Positions 30,112-40,286 of a stretch of 64,000 nt of DNA are shown here, one piece after another. Location: the NCBI GenBank assembly GCA_963733055.1, contig CAVTBR010000001.1:1056001-1120000 (forward strand), read 5' to 3'. The notes beneath the pieces are model-generated. The model did no database searches, was not told the DNA's origin, and saw nothing but the letters and a program-made list of their open reading frames with translations. How positions within the stretch are numbered: position 1 is the stretch's first letter; each line of letters opens with the position of its first letter. Source of the DNA: Candidatus Bathyarchaeota archaeon (GTDB taxonomy: Archaea; Thermoproteota; Bathyarchaeia; 40CM-2-53-6). The position numbers were made by a program, and so were the translations under genes.

Positions 30112-31476
30112 ATGAAAATACACGTTGTGTTGGAGAGACTTTTGGAAGAAAAACTGAGTATTGAAGACATCAGGCGCTTCTCGCGATCGTTCGACAAGAA
30201 CCCGAGCAACAAACTTGCCTTGAATGCTGTTACGGAGAATGGTATAGCCGCAGTTGCATTGAGTAGAGAGGCGGTGGACAGGGAAAACTTCACCTTTAGC
30301 AATCTCATCGAATCCCCAGACGCAGCCAACCAAGAAAGATCGGGAAGATGCTGGTTATTCTCGGGACTAAGTATTCTGTCCCTTGAAGCCATGAAAAAAC
30401 TAAACCTGAAGACATTTGAGCTATCTGAAATATACCAAATGTTTTGGGACAAACTAGAGAAAGCCAACTACTTCTTAGAAACGATTATTGAAACAAAGGA
30501 AGAGCCCTTGGATGGGAGGCTAGTTAATTCGCTACTTTCCGATCCAACATCGGACGGTGGCGAGTGGAATATGTTTGTGAATCTCATAAAGAAGTACGGC
30601 GTTATACCGAAAACGTTCATGCCGGAAACATCGAACAGCAACAATTCCGACCCCATGAATGCTCTACTCGCCTCTAAACTAAGAGAATACGCCAAGGCGC
30701 TGCGAGACATGAACGGAAACGGAAGCTCAGAGTCTGAAATTAGGGAGAAGAAGGGCGAGTTCATGGAAGAATTCTACAGGATGCTATGCATCAACCTCGG
30801 AGTCCCCCAAGAGACATTCAACTGGGAGTGGCGTGACAAAGATGGCTTTTTCCACAGGAGGGGAAACATCACTCCAGTTCAGTTCTACAATGAGTACATC
30901 GGAGTAGCCCTTGATGATTTCGTGACCCTGATCAACGCTCCCAACAAACCATTCAACAAAACATACACGGTCCAATACCTCGGCAACGTGGTCGGCGGAC
31001 AAGATGCCTGCTATCTAAACGTCAACTTGGAGACCCTGAAAAAAGCAACGATAGACATGATCAAAGGAAATCGTGCGGTATGGTTTGGCTGCGACGTGGC
31101 CAAGATGCTTCAGACGGACATGGGGGCGATGGATCTGAGCATATACGATTACGAATCCGTCTACGGCACGAAATTCCAACTCGACAAAGCAGCTAGGTTG
31201 GATTATGAAGATAGTGAAATGACCCACGCCATGGTGATTACGGGGGTTGACCTCGATGAGCAGGGCAAACCGAGGAAATGGCGAGTTGAAAACAGTTGGG
31301 GAGCAGCGATCGGAGATCAAGGGTTCATGTACATGATGGATGAGTGGTTCGATCAATACCTCTACGAGGTCGTTGTCCGAAAGGAGTACCTTTCCCCCGA
31401 ATTGTTGAAGGTCCTCGATTCTAAGCCTGAAGTTTTGTCTTTCTGGGACCCCTTGTGTTCATTGGCAAGAAGCTAA
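30112..31476 (+). CDS. pepC: Aminopeptidase C / bleomycin hydrolase (peptidase C1B)
   Basis: QERSGRCWLF, FWDKLEKAN, MTHAM, WRVENSWG. Confidence 0.93.
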   Translation: MKIHVVLERLLEEKLSIEDIRRFSRSFDKNPSNKLALNAVTENGIAAVALSREAVDRENFTFSNLIESPDAANQERSGRCWLFSGLSILSLEAMKKLNLKTFELSEIYQMFWDKLEKANYFLETIIETKEEPLDGRLVNSLLSDPTSDGGEWNMFVNLIKKYGVIPKTFMPETSNSNNSDPMNALLASKLREYAKALRDMNGNGSSESEIREKKGEFMEEFYRMLCINLGVPQETFNWEWRDKDGFFHRRGNITPVQFYNEYIGVALDDFVTLINAPNKPFNKTYTVQYLGNVVGGQDACYLNVNLETLKKATIDMIKGNRAVWFGCDVAKMLQTDMGAMDLSIYDYESVYGTKFQLDKAARLDYEDSEMTHAMVITGVDLDEQGKPRKWRVENSWGAAIGDQGFMYMMDEWFDQYLYEVVVRKEYLSPELLKVLDSKPEVLSFWDPLCSLARS

Positions 31477-31600
31477 GCTAGACTAACCACTAGCGAATTG
31501 CTTCTCCGAGACGGAGGAGTTGACGGCATGAGGATTCTTGGATACCAACGTAGCTCGTACAAAAGAAACTTAAGCACCCAGCGCCAGCACTCATCCGAAC

Positions 31601-32080
31601 GTGTTGAATTTGCCAGGTGGAAAATACACGAAGACTCACACCATAAAAGTTTCAAAGACAATCAGAGCCCCACTTCATTTTGTCTATGATTGGTGTACGG
31701 ACTATAGAGAAAGCGATCCAAAGATCACCGGTTCAAAGTCCAAACGAAGGATCCTACTCAAGAACAGGCATCGAGCGGTTTACGTTGTGGATTACAAGAG
31801 TCGAGGCAAGCCCAAAAGCGCAGTGGACGTTGTCACCCTCTGCCCTCCTAAGGCGTGGCACTTAGACTTTACCGGTGATGAAGACGACGAGGTGGGCGAT
31901 TATGTCCTCACTTCACTCGGACAACGCAAGACCAGGCTTGACATGAAATTCCAGGAGCATTACAAGATAAACAAGGCCCCTACACAAGCACAAGACGTGA
32001 AAGGGACCCACGAAGTCTGGGACAAATTCGTCGCAGCACTCGAAAGAGATTACGCGCGCAAGAAAATTCGACAGAAATAA
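31601..32080 (+). CDS. Hypothetical SRPBCC/START-like fold protein
   Basis: VSKTIRAPLHFVYDWCTDY start and C-terminal helix WDKFVAALE. Confidence 0.6.
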   Translation: MLNLPGGKYTKTHTIKVSKTIRAPLHFVYDWCTDYRESDPKITGSKSKRRILLKNRHRAVYVVDYKSRGKPKSAVDVVTLCPPKAWHLDFTGDEDDEVGDYVLTSLGQRKTRLDMKFQEHYKINKAPTQAQDVKGTHEVWDKFVAALERDYARKKIRQK

Positions 32081-32331
32081 GCATCCACTTAGCAAAAGGT
32101 CGACTCGAACTCACCACGTAGACTTCATTAAGGATCCAGACGGGAATTTCATTGAGCTGTACGATCAACCCGAATAATCTCCCCGATGGTCCGACTCCGG
32201 ACCACTACTAATTCGGCTTGCAGAATCTAATTTTCGAATTGTTTAGTCATTTCAAAGAACGGGACCATCAAGAGTAAAGTCAGTTATATAGGCCGCTTGC
32301 GCATTGTCCGCAACGCTAGTTGGGCGATTCT

Positions 32332-32451
32332 TTGCACCACGTCAATTGTTCAGAATGCGGATGCCTATTCCTTGCGGGGTCCGATGGGGATACCATCTGC
32401 CTCACCTGCACCTCATTTCTTGGAGCGCAAACCTGGAGACGCTCAACCTAG
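32332..32451 (+). CDS. 39-aa CxxC-CxxC mini-protein (not in ORF track)
   Basis: TTATATA box at 32284, TTG start; MHHVNCSECGCLFLAGSDGDTICLTCTSFLGAQTWRRST. Confidence 0.5.
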   Translation: MHHVNCSECGCLFLAGSDGDTICLTCTSFLGAQTWRRST

Positions 32452-32561
32452 ATCAAGGTCTCAATTATCCTCGACGAGCCAAAGTTTCCATAAACTGCTT
32501 GACTCGCGGCCGTCCTGCGGCGCAAAAGCCGGCGCTGAATAGCGATGCTCGCGCAGTCGAC

Positions 32562-32726
32562 TTAACCTAGGTGGAGAATGCGTCCTCCGCATCTAGCACA
32601 GGTCGGGACGATACTCTTGCCATCTGTCTGAGGAAGGTTCCCGTCACAGGTGCAAATTGAACGTCCTTTGCCCTCTCGTACAATCAGAACATCACGTTCC
32701 TTCAATCGGGGCGTAACTGTGTCCAA
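32562..32726 (-). CDS. 54-aa Cys mini-protein (not in ORF track)
   Basis: TATA-like TTATAA about 20-25 nt upstream; MDTVTPRLKERDVLIVREGKGRSICTCDGNLPQTDGKSIVPTCARCGGRILHLG. Confidence 0.45.
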   Translation of the reverse strand: MDTVTPRLKERDVLIVREGKGRSICTCDGNLPQTDGKSIVPTCARCGGRILHLG

Positions 32727-32831
32727 GGTGGGCGTTACTTCGAGTATTATAAGAAACTCCGCATTATAAGAAACTTTGGAATACGCGAATAGTAGTTGTG
32801 CACATGACTTCGACTGTCGACTTGCTCACGA

Positions 32832-32993
32832 TCAGATTTCAGTGAACCAGCGCAATTTCGGTGGTTCTCGTGTCATGGGTGGCTTTGGCGGTTGCCCACT
32901 CGCCGCCTCCATGCCCCTTTCGAAAGACTCCTTATCTCGCCAGAGCGACAAATCCACCATCGCACTCGATCCTTCCTCTCGTAACACGAACAC
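32832..32993 (-). pseudogene. Possible C-terminal remnant of an ABM/dimeric alpha-beta barrel protein
   Basis: VFVLREEGSSAMVDLSLWRDKESFERGM... preceded by an in-frame stop. Confidence 0.3.
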
Positions 32994-33082
32994 GTTTCAA
33001 AGTTCGACGGATGCACTTTGGCGGTGTTACATTTTAGTCAGTTAGGGAAAGAAAGTATAGTGGGCGGCCTGATTTCGATGAA

Positions 33083-33409
33083 TCATTCTTTGCTCCATGA
33101 GTGACCGCATTTTGTGCAGGTGAATCTCTCCATTGCTCTCTCCTGCCGGACGCCTGCGTGTTCGCCCGAGATGAAGCCTAGGCTGTGGAATGCTTCGTTG
33201 TTGCCGCATATTGGGCACGGTTCGTTGACTTTCATGTATTCTAGCTTCGAAGTGTCTAGAATTTCAGTTGGCCTATCGGCGGCCTTAATTTTCATCACAT
33301 CAACGATCTCAGCCTTCATCTGGTTGCCGCACTTCGAACAAACATAACCTTCCTTGGTCATCGTCATGTAACCTCCGCACTTATCGCAGAATTTCATTTC
33401 ATGTTTCAC
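33083..33409 (-). CDS. TFS/RpoM (RPA12/RPB9/RPC11-like) paralog
   Basis: MKFCDKCG...CSKCG and CPICGN.EA...CTKCGHSW double Zn ribbon. Confidence 0.85.
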   Translation of the reverse strand: MKHEMKFCDKCGGYMTMTKEGYVCSKCGNQMKAEIVDVMKIKAADRPTEILDTSKLEYMKVNEPCPICGNNEAFHSLGFISGEHAGVRQERAMERFTCTKCGHSWSKE

Positions 33410-33525
33410 TCCGACAAATCGGTTTTCTTCTCGGTCTCAGTTCTTAGACAGAGCTTGCTCCGCACTTGATGTGAGAGAATGTTCGAAGTAGGTGCTTGTG
33501 AATCATGCAGGCGCCGTAAATGGGT

Positions 33526-33765
33526 TTACCGGTGCCGGCTCAATTTGTGATCGGTTTCCGAGGACACGACCTTAGGCGAGGCTGGTCTCTCGCCGATTAT
33601 CAGTGATATCCCAATTATAGAGACGGCGATGGAAACGAAAGCAATCATCAGGGCTGTGGGATCCACGTCGGATTTCTGGACGGAAAATGAAATGAAGCAT
33701 CCAAGCAGCCCGATAGTCGTCATTGTCGCTCCTACGGAGGTTTGCAATTTGAGGTGAGCGAACAT
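33526..33765 (-). CDS. Small two-TM membrane protein
   Basis: Two hydrophobic helices. Confidence 0.5.
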   Translation of the reverse strand: MFAHLKLQTSVGATMTTIGLLGCFISFSVQKSDVDPTALMIAFVSIAVSIIGISLIIGERPASPKVVSSETDHKLSRHR

Positions 33766-33790
33766 TCCTTTGTAACCGTATTTATGATGT

Positions 33791-34330
33791 TCAGTCAGCC
33801 ATTTTTCCTTTACCTTTCGGTTTTCGCAGTTTTCCCGGTTTCACTATTAGCGCTAGGCCGATGACGAGGAAGAAGAGGATGATTCCGAGCCAGGGGATCC
33901 AGGGGGCGATCGCTGGGATGACCGTTATGGTCAAGGGAGTTGACACTGTCAAGTTGCCTAAGCTTGCTATGATGTTCGCTGTGAAGTTTTGCGGCGCAGC
34001 TGCCGGTGTAGCTTCAACAATTAATTGCGTACTCGTTTCGGGTTGCTGTATCTGGGTGCACTGTGGAAGGAAGGTGAGAGTGAACCCAGAGTCGGGAAAG
34101 CCTTGTTCCCCAAAACAGACTAGCCCCGACATGCCAACGCTGGTAAGGGTGAGGTTTATCGTCGCCTTATCCCCCACTTTGATTACAGCCGCTGAAGGGT
34201 TGTCTGACAAGCTAAGCTGTGACCCGGCGGCATGAACGAAGGATGTTCCGTTGGGCGTTAGGGGATAATTTAGTAGAAGTGTAACGCAGACGGTCAAGAG
34301 GCAAACGCGCAAACTAGAGCGGAAGGACAT
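33791..34330 (-). CDS. Membrane-anchored Ig-like surface protein
   Basis: Signal peptide, beta-sandwich, C-terminal TM plus Lys-rich tail. Confidence 0.7.
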   Translation of the reverse strand: MSFRSSLRVCLLTVCVTLLLNYPLTPNGTSFVHAAGSQLSLSDNPSAAVIKVGDKATINLTLTSVGMSGLVCFGEQGFPDSGFTLTFLPQCTQIQQPETSTQLIVEATPAAAPQNFTANIIASLGNLTVSTPLTITVIPAIAPWIPWLGIILFFLVIGLALIVKPGKLRKPKGKGKMAD

Positions 34331-34407
34331 GGTTGCGCATGGACGTGCGAAACCAAATAACTCTTGGTTGGCAGGCCGTGATACCGAGGATGCTAGCGTG
34401 AGAGCAT

Positions 34408-34559
34408 ATTTTTGTACGCTGTAGAACTATACATGAGTGTATCACAGGGTAATACCGTAATGCCGCGCCGACGTGAGTGTGTGTGCACCCATGGCCCGGT
34501 GTGTGTACACTCAGAAGAGATGATACAGGATCATGAGGGCACATTTTTGTACGCTGTAG
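34408..34559 (+). repeat. 17-bp direct repeat upstream of the trp operon
   Basis: ATTTTTGTACGCTGTAG at 34408-34424 and 34543-34559; the second copy abuts a TTTAAATA TATA box. Confidence 0.8.
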
Positions 34560-34671
34560 CTTTAAATAACGTATCAGTGTCACAGATGGCACAACCGTTG
34601 GATTAGTGACTGCAAAATGAGGAATAGCCTTTGGGCACGGCGTTCAAACAGTCACACAAACAGACCATAGG

Positions 34672-36021
34672 CTGAAGCTCCAAAAGTTCCCGTATTCAAG
34701 AAACCCGCTCGAAACATTTCTCGCCCTCAGCACTCAAAACGACTACTGCTATCTCTTAGAATCCGCAGAAGGGCCAAGGAAACTCGCGCAATACTCATTC
34801 ATAGGTTTCTCACCTTGGAAGATTGTTGAGTTAAAGAATCGAAAATATGCCGAATCCTCTCCGACCGACAATCATTCAGAGTTTGACACTTCCGATCCGT
34901 TTCTGGCACTTCGCAGAGTTCTGGCCCAGAATTTCACAACCTATCGTGGCCTACGATTCGTTGGTGGACTCGTGGGGTACTTTTCGTATGATGCGGTACG
35001 CTACCTCGAAGCCTTACCTAAACCTCCGAAAGACGATACGGCTCTACCGGATTTCGAATTTGGAGTCTACGACGACGGAATCGTCTTCGATCACATAACC
35101 GACCAAGCGTACTACTACTGGTACAATAACAACAGAATACGAGAGGTCGAACGTTTCCGGAACCAGAAACCCGGAACAAAGAGTTTGGTCGCGAACAAAC
35201 TTCGAACAAATGTGACCCAAGAAGACTTCGAAGCCATGGTCAGAAAAGCGAAACGTTACATCAAATCCGGAGACATTTTCCAAACCGTATTGTCCAAACG
35301 GTTCGAATTCTCATTCAAAGGAGACCTCGTCGAGTTTTACCAAGCCCTGAGAGAAATCAATCCCTCCCCCTACATGTACTTCCTAAAAATGAAGGAACGG
35401 ACAATTGTCGGTTCAAGCCCGGAAATGCTAGGAAGGGTCGAGGGGAAACGTGCCGACACGTTCCCTATCGCCGGAACATGTCCCGTCGGCAAGAACCGAA
35501 ACGAAGATCAGCGTTTAGCAAAAGAACTGCTCAACGATCCCAAGGAGCGGGCGGAACACGTTATGCTTATCGACTTGGCTAGAAACGACCTAGGAAAGGT
35601 AAGTGAATTCGGTACCGTTACGGTTCCAGAATTCATGACCGTTCAAAAATATAGTCACGTGCAGCACATTGTTTCACGAGTATCAAGCCAACTAAGGCCC
35701 GACTGCGATGCTGTGGATACGTTCAAAGCTATCTTTCCAGCCGGAACAGTTTCTGGAGCGCCGAAGAAGAGGGCGATGGAGATCATTGATGAATTGGAAC
35801 CGTGCCGAAGAGGACCGTATGCAGGAGCCGTAGGATACTTCTCATACAATGGCAACGCTGATTTCGCCATAACGATTCGGACGCTGGTCGCTAATGGGAA
35901 TAGGGCGTTCATTCAGGCTGGTGCGGGTATAGTTGCGGATTCTGATCCCACACGTGAATGGTTTGAGACTGAGCAGAAGGCTAATGCGCTCTTGCACGCG
36001 TTGGGGCTTAGAGGGGTTTGA
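34672..36021 (+). CDS. trpE: Anthranilate synthase component I (start uncertain, probably CTG 34672)
   Basis: In-frame upstream YLLESAEG..LAQYSFIG; NPSPYM, SSPE, KERAEHVMLIDLARND, FPAGTVSGAPK, QAGAGIVADS. Confidence 0.93.
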   Translation: MKLQKFPYSRNPLETFLALSTQNDYCYLLESAEGPRKLAQYSFIGFSPWKIVELKNRKYAESSPTDNHSEFDTSDPFLALRRVLAQNFTTYRGLRFVGGLVGYFSYDAVRYLEALPKPPKDDTALPDFEFGVYDDGIVFDHITDQAYYYWYNNNRIREVERFRNQKPGTKSLVANKLRTNVTQEDFEAMVRKAKRYIKSGDIFQTVLSKRFEFSFKGDLVEFYQALREINPSPYMYFLKMKERTIVGSSPEMLGRVEGKRADTFPIAGTCPVGKNRNEDQRLAKELLNDPKERAEHVMLIDLARNDLGKVSEFGTVTVPEFMTVQKYSHVQHIVSRVSSQLRPDCDAVDTFKAIFPAGTVSGAPKKRAMEIIDELEPCRRGPYAGAVGYFSYNGNADFAITIRTLVANGNRAFIQAGAGIVADSDPTREWFETEQKANALLHALGLRGV

Positions 36022-36022
36022 A

Positions 36023-36604
36023 GTGAAAGTTCTGATCATCGACAACTTCGACTCGTTTGTTTACAATCTTGCGCAGTACGTGGGGCAGCTTGGAGCGGAA
36101 CCGTTGATCCGCAGAAACAACGCAATCACAACCCGGGATGTCACAGACATGAACCCCGACCGCATAATCATCTCACCCGGCCCTGGCAGACCAGACGACC
36201 GGAAATATTTCGGCGTTTGCTTAAACGTCCTCAGGGAGATTAGCCCCCATACGCCAACTCTCGGAGTATGCTTAGGGCATCAAGGTGTAGCCTACGCCTT
36301 CGGCGGGTCGATCGTTCCGGCTAAGCGCCTAGTGCACGGGAAAACGAGTCGGATTCAACATGAGAGTGATGGTTTGTTCGAGGGCGTAGAGAACCCGCTT
36401 CAAGCCACTAGATACCATTCGTTAGTCTGTCGTAGACGCGATTTACCGAAGTGTCTGGTGGAGACGGCGACATCAATGGATGATAATGTAATCATGGGGT
36501 TGCGTCACAGGAAGTATCCCATATACGGAGTGCAATTCCACCCAGAATCCATCCTCACCTCGGAAGGTATGAAGATAATGAAGAATTTCCTAGACGGTGT
36601 ATGA
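36023..36604 (+). CDS. trpG: Anthranilate synthase component II
   Basis: IDNFDSFVYNL, SPGPG, GVCLGHQ, RYHSL, QFHPES. Confidence 0.95.
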   Translation: MKVLIIDNFDSFVYNLAQYVGQLGAEPLIRRNNAITTRDVTDMNPDRIIISPGPGRPDDRKYFGVCLNVLREISPHTPTLGVCLGHQGVAYAFGGSIVPAKRLVHGKTSRIQHESDGLFEGVENPLQATRYHSLVCRRRDLPKCLVETATSMDDNVIMGLRHRKYPIYGVQFHPESILTSEGMKIMKNFLDGV

Positions 36605-37668
36605 ACATGATCAAAGACGCCATCCACATCCTCATCGACCGCAAAGAACTCCCACTCGAAGTAGCCCGGGAATCGATGCGAGAAATCATGAGCGGAGAAG
36701 CAACACCTGCCCAAGTCGGTGCATTCCTAACCGCCCTAAGGCTGAAAGGAGAAACCGTTGAAGAGATAACTGCTTTCGCGTTGGTTATGCGCGAGAACGC
36801 CGTCAGAATAAACCCACACGTCAACGGTAGAACGGTAGACACATGCGGCACGGGCGGCGATCAAATCAAAACATTCAATGTCAGCACCACAGCGGCGCTC
36901 GTGGCGGCAGGTTCTGGGATAACGATCGCAAAACACGGCAACCGTTCCGTCACGAGCAAATGCGGCAGCGCAGATGTTCTTGAAGCCGTCGGAGTCAACT
37001 TAAACACTTCACCTCCCCTCGTACAGCGCGCGATTGAACAGGTTGGAATTGGGTTCATGTTCGCACCCGCGTTCCATCCAGCGATGAAAAACGCGATCAT
37101 CCCAAGACGAGAGATCGGCATAAGGACCGTCTTCAACATACTCGGCCCCCTGACAAACCCCGCCAACGCTAACGCCCAGGTTCTAGGCGTCTACGACTCA
37201 AACCTGATCGAGCCTCTGGCAAAAGTATTGCAGAAACTTGGGACGGAGGAAGCGCTGGTTGTACATGGGATGGATGGGCTTGATGAGATCTCAACCATTG
37301 GAAAGACGAGGTTCGCTTGGGTCAAGGATGGAGAGATAACTACGAAGGAGATTACACCTCAAGACCTGAACTTGAGACAAGCGAAACCCACCGAGATCTC
37401 CGGATTTGATGTCGCTCAAAGCGCGAGGCTAATGGTTAAAATCCTGAGCGGTAGCGAAGAACAGAGCTCAAGTCGACTTCAAATGGTGCTTGTCAATGCC
37501 GCAGCTGCGATCTTAGTCGGCGGAAAGACGAAAGACTTAGTCTCAGGAATCGATTCGGCCCGTCAGTCAATCACTAGCGGACACGCGTACGAGAAGCTGA
37601 AGGCACTGGTAGAATTCACACACGGCGACGAAACCAAGCTTGAAAGGATTGAATCGCAGAATGCCTGA
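36601..37668 (+). CDS. trpD: Anthranilate phosphoribosyltransferase
   Basis: DTCGTGGD, FNVST, KHGNR, RTVFNILGPL, GLDE. Confidence 0.96.
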   Translation: MNMIKDAIHILIDRKELPLEVARESMREIMSGEATPAQVGAFLTALRLKGETVEEITAFALVMRENAVRINPHVNGRTVDTCGTGGDQIKTFNVSTTAALVAAGSGITIAKHGNRSVTSKCGSADVLEAVGVNLNTSPPLVQRAIEQVGIGFMFAPAFHPAMKNAIIPRREIGIRTVFNILGPLTNPANANAQVLGVYDSNLIEPLAKVLQKLGTEEALVVHGMDGLDEISTIGKTRFAWVKDGEITTKEITPQDLNLRQAKPTEISGFDVAQSARLMVKILSGSEEQSSSRLQMVLVNAAAAILVGGKTKDLVSGIDSARQSITSGHAYEKLKALVEFTHGDETKLERIESQNA

Positions 37669-38437
37669 CTTCCTCGCCAAACTCATCGAGGACGCCAAGA
37701 AGAGAATTCAGGACGGGTACTACGACATCCAGGAAGAGGTCTCTCATGGACCGGCCAGCCTCATGCGGGCCATCAAATCCGCCCAGAGGAACGCAATCAT
37801 AGCTGAGATCAAACCAATTTCTCCAGCACGTGGGCTCTTGCGTCCCGAAATTGACCCCGTTCGAGCCGCCAAACAAATGGAGGCCGGTGGGGCGGTAGCC
37901 CTTTCGGTATTGACCGAACCAAACAATTTCGGCGGCAGCTTGGGAAACCTTCGGCATGTTCGAGAAAATGTGGAACTGCCCCTGCTGATGAAGGACATAA
38001 TCATTCACGAGAAACAGGTCGAAGCCGGCAGGAAAACCGGCGCAGATAGTATTCTGCTCATTGAATCGGCTTTCTCAAACTACCCTCTCGCATCGTTAAG
38101 CAGAATGATTCGTTGCGCACACGATTCTCAGCTTGAGGTACTCCTTGAAGTGCACAATGGAGACGAACTAACGCGCGCTCTGGACAGTGAAGCCGACATA
38201 GTAGGATTGAACAACAGAGACCTCTCGACCCTCAAAACTGACCTTACAACGACTACACGGCTGATAGCCGGGGCAAGCCGGGATACTGATAAGGTCCTGA
38301 TCAGCGAAAGCGGCTTCGAATCAGCCGAGGACATACGAAAGGTGAAGACGGCAAGAGTCGACGGGTATCTGATAGGATCATCGATAATGCTGTCCGACGA
38401 TTTAGAACGCAAAGTACGAGAGTTCGTACTCGCTTAG
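37661..38437 (+). CDS. trpC: Indole-3-glycerol phosphate synthase
   Basis: IIAEIKPISP, LSVLTEP..FGGS, LEVH, GLNNRDL, ISESG. Confidence 0.95.
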   Translation: MPDFLAKLIEDAKKRIQDGYYDIQEEVSHGPASLMRAIKSAQRNAIIAEIKPISPARGLLRPEIDPVRAAKQMEAGGAVALSVLTEPNNFGGSLGNLRHVRENVELPLLMKDIIIHEKQVEAGRKTGADSILLIESAFSNYPLASLSRMIRCAHDSQLEVLLEVHNGDELTRALDSEADIVGLNNRDLSTLKTDLTTTTRLIAGASRDTDKVLISESGFESAEDIRKVKTARVDGYLIGSSIMLSDDLERKVREFVLA

Positions 38438-38447
38438 GGGGCTCAAA

Positions 38448-39090
38448 ATGCGGGTTAAGATTTGCGGACTGACGGTTAAGTGATGTGAACGCCGCCTTGA
38501 ATGCGGGAGCGGACGCTGTGGGTTTTGTAGTTGAAAGTCCTTCATCACCGCGAAACCTGCCGTTAACCAAAGCACAAAAACTGATGAAGGCGGTCCGAGT
38601 GTTCTCGACAAAAGCAGCGGTAACTTCAGCCCACGACCCAAGGGAAATTGTTGCGATATGTTCGAAGCTGAAACCCGACGCTCTGCAGCTGCACTATTAC
38701 ACGCCACAACTCGTTCAAATGCTTAGGAAGAAACATCCTGCCACTCGCCTCATCTTAGCTACAGCAGTTCGGGACGAGTTATCATTGAAGCAAGCGAAGA
38801 GTGCGTCGAAGTATTCGGACGCGATCCTCGCGGACTCACTAAGCTCCTCAGGAATGGGAGGGACAGGTATAGCCCACGACTGGAGGCTATCAGCTCGGAT
38901 TAGAAATGCAATCCATCCTCAACCATTGATCTTAGCGGGAGGGTTAACACCGAACAATGTTGAAACCGCTATCGAGACTGTGAGACCTTTCGCGGTAGAT
39001 GTTTCGAGCGGTGTTGAGATGACGGTTGGAGTAAAGGATCACAGTAAGATCAAGGAGTTTATCATGAAAGCAAAGGAGAGTTCGTCTTAA
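38448..39090 (+). CDS. trpF: Phosphoribosylanthranilate isomerase with a frameshift after codon ~9 (pseudogene or sequencing error)
   Basis: ATG 38448 gives MRVKICGLT, out of frame with [16 protein letters not shown]...GGTG..HDW...LAGGL...VDVSSGVE. Confidence 0.88.
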
Positions 39091-40286
39091 TGGCCCAGTA
39101 TTCGTGGCCTGTCGCGGGAAAATTCGGCAAGTACGGTGGCCGTTATGTACCAGAGACGTTGATGAGCGCGCTCATCAATTTGGAGCGAGAATACCTACGA
39201 TTAAAGGACGATCTAGACTTTAGAACTCAACTCGAGTTTTATCTGAGAGAATTCGTTGGGCGCCCGACACCGCTCTACTACGCGGCTAACCTAACTCGAA
39301 AGGCGAATGGGGCAAAAATCTACATTAAACGCGAAGACTTAGCTCACGGAGGAGCTCACAAAATCAACAACACGATAGGCCAAGCCCTTCTCGCCAAGAG
39401 TATGGGAAAGAAAAGGATCATCGCCGAAACCGGAGCGGGACAACACGGAGTCGCGAGCGCTATCGCCTGCGCCGCGCTCGGGTTGAAGTGCGAGGTTTAC
39501 ATGGGTTCTGAGGATGTGGAACGCCAGAAGCTGAATGTTTTTCGAATGAACCTACTGGGCACGGAGGTACACCCAGTTCGCTCCGGTTCTAAGACCCTCA
39601 AGGATGCGATCAACGAATCTTTCCGAGACTGGGTCGCAAACGTAGAGACCACCTACTACCTCCTTGGCTCAGTGGTGGGCCCGCACCCGTATCCAATGAT
39701 GGTGAGAGATTTCCAGAGCATTATTGGACGGGAGATCAAGGATCAAATTCTCCGCATTGAGGGACGACTACCTGACGCCGTCGTAGCCTGTGTTGGAGGA
39801 GGAAGTAACTCGATGGGTGCGTTCTACCCATTCATCAGTGACGAGTCTGTTGGACTATTTGGAGTTGAGGCGGGTGGATTGGGACTTGAAACCGGGAAAC
39901 ACGCCGCGACGCTATGCGCGGGTGATGAGGGTGTCTTCCACGGGATGTTGACTTATGTTCTCCAAGACGCTGAGGGACAGATTCAGCCCACGCACAGTAT
40001 CTCGGCTGGCCTAGATTATCCAGGAGTTGGTCCGGAACATGCCTACTTGAAGGCCAGTGGGAGAGCCACGTACACTTCGGTTACTGATGAACAGGCATTG
40101 GAGGGGTTCATGGAGTTGAGCAAGGTAGAGGGCATCATTCCCGCCCTGGAACCCGCCCATGCGGTCCATTATGCAATCGGTTTAGCATCAACGATGTCTC
40201 AAGACCAGATTGTGGTGATTAACCTTTCAGGGCGCGGCGACAAGGACGTTAACGTTGTCGCAAAGAAGTTAGGTGTGAAAATATGA
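39090..40286 (+). CDS. trpB: Tryptophan synthase beta chain (TrpB1)
   Basis: [49 protein letters not shown]. Confidence 0.97.
   Translation: MAQYSWPVAGKFGKYGGRYVPETLMSALINLEREYLRLKDDLDFRTQLEFYLREFVGRPTPLYYAANLTRKANGAKIYIKREDLAHGGAHKINNTIGQALLAKSMGKKRIIAETGAGQHGVASAIACAALGLKCEVYMGSEDVERQKLNVFRMNLLGTEVHPVRSGSKTLKDAINESFRDWVANVETTYYLLGSVVGPHPYPMMVRDFQSIIGREIKDQILRIEGRLPDAVVACVGGGSNSMGAFYPFISDESVGLFGVEAGGLGLETGKHAATLCAGDEGVFHGMLTYVLQDAEGQIQPTHSISAGLDYPGVGPEHAYLKASGRATYTSVTDEQALEGFMELSKVEGIIPALEPAHAVHYAIGLASTMSQDQIVVINLSGRGDKDVNVVAKKLGVKI

Noticed and set aside
34408-34559. Direct repeat considered as a mini CRISPR array
   Set aside because: Only two 17-bp copies with a 118-nt gap and no cas genes; better explained as a promoter duplication
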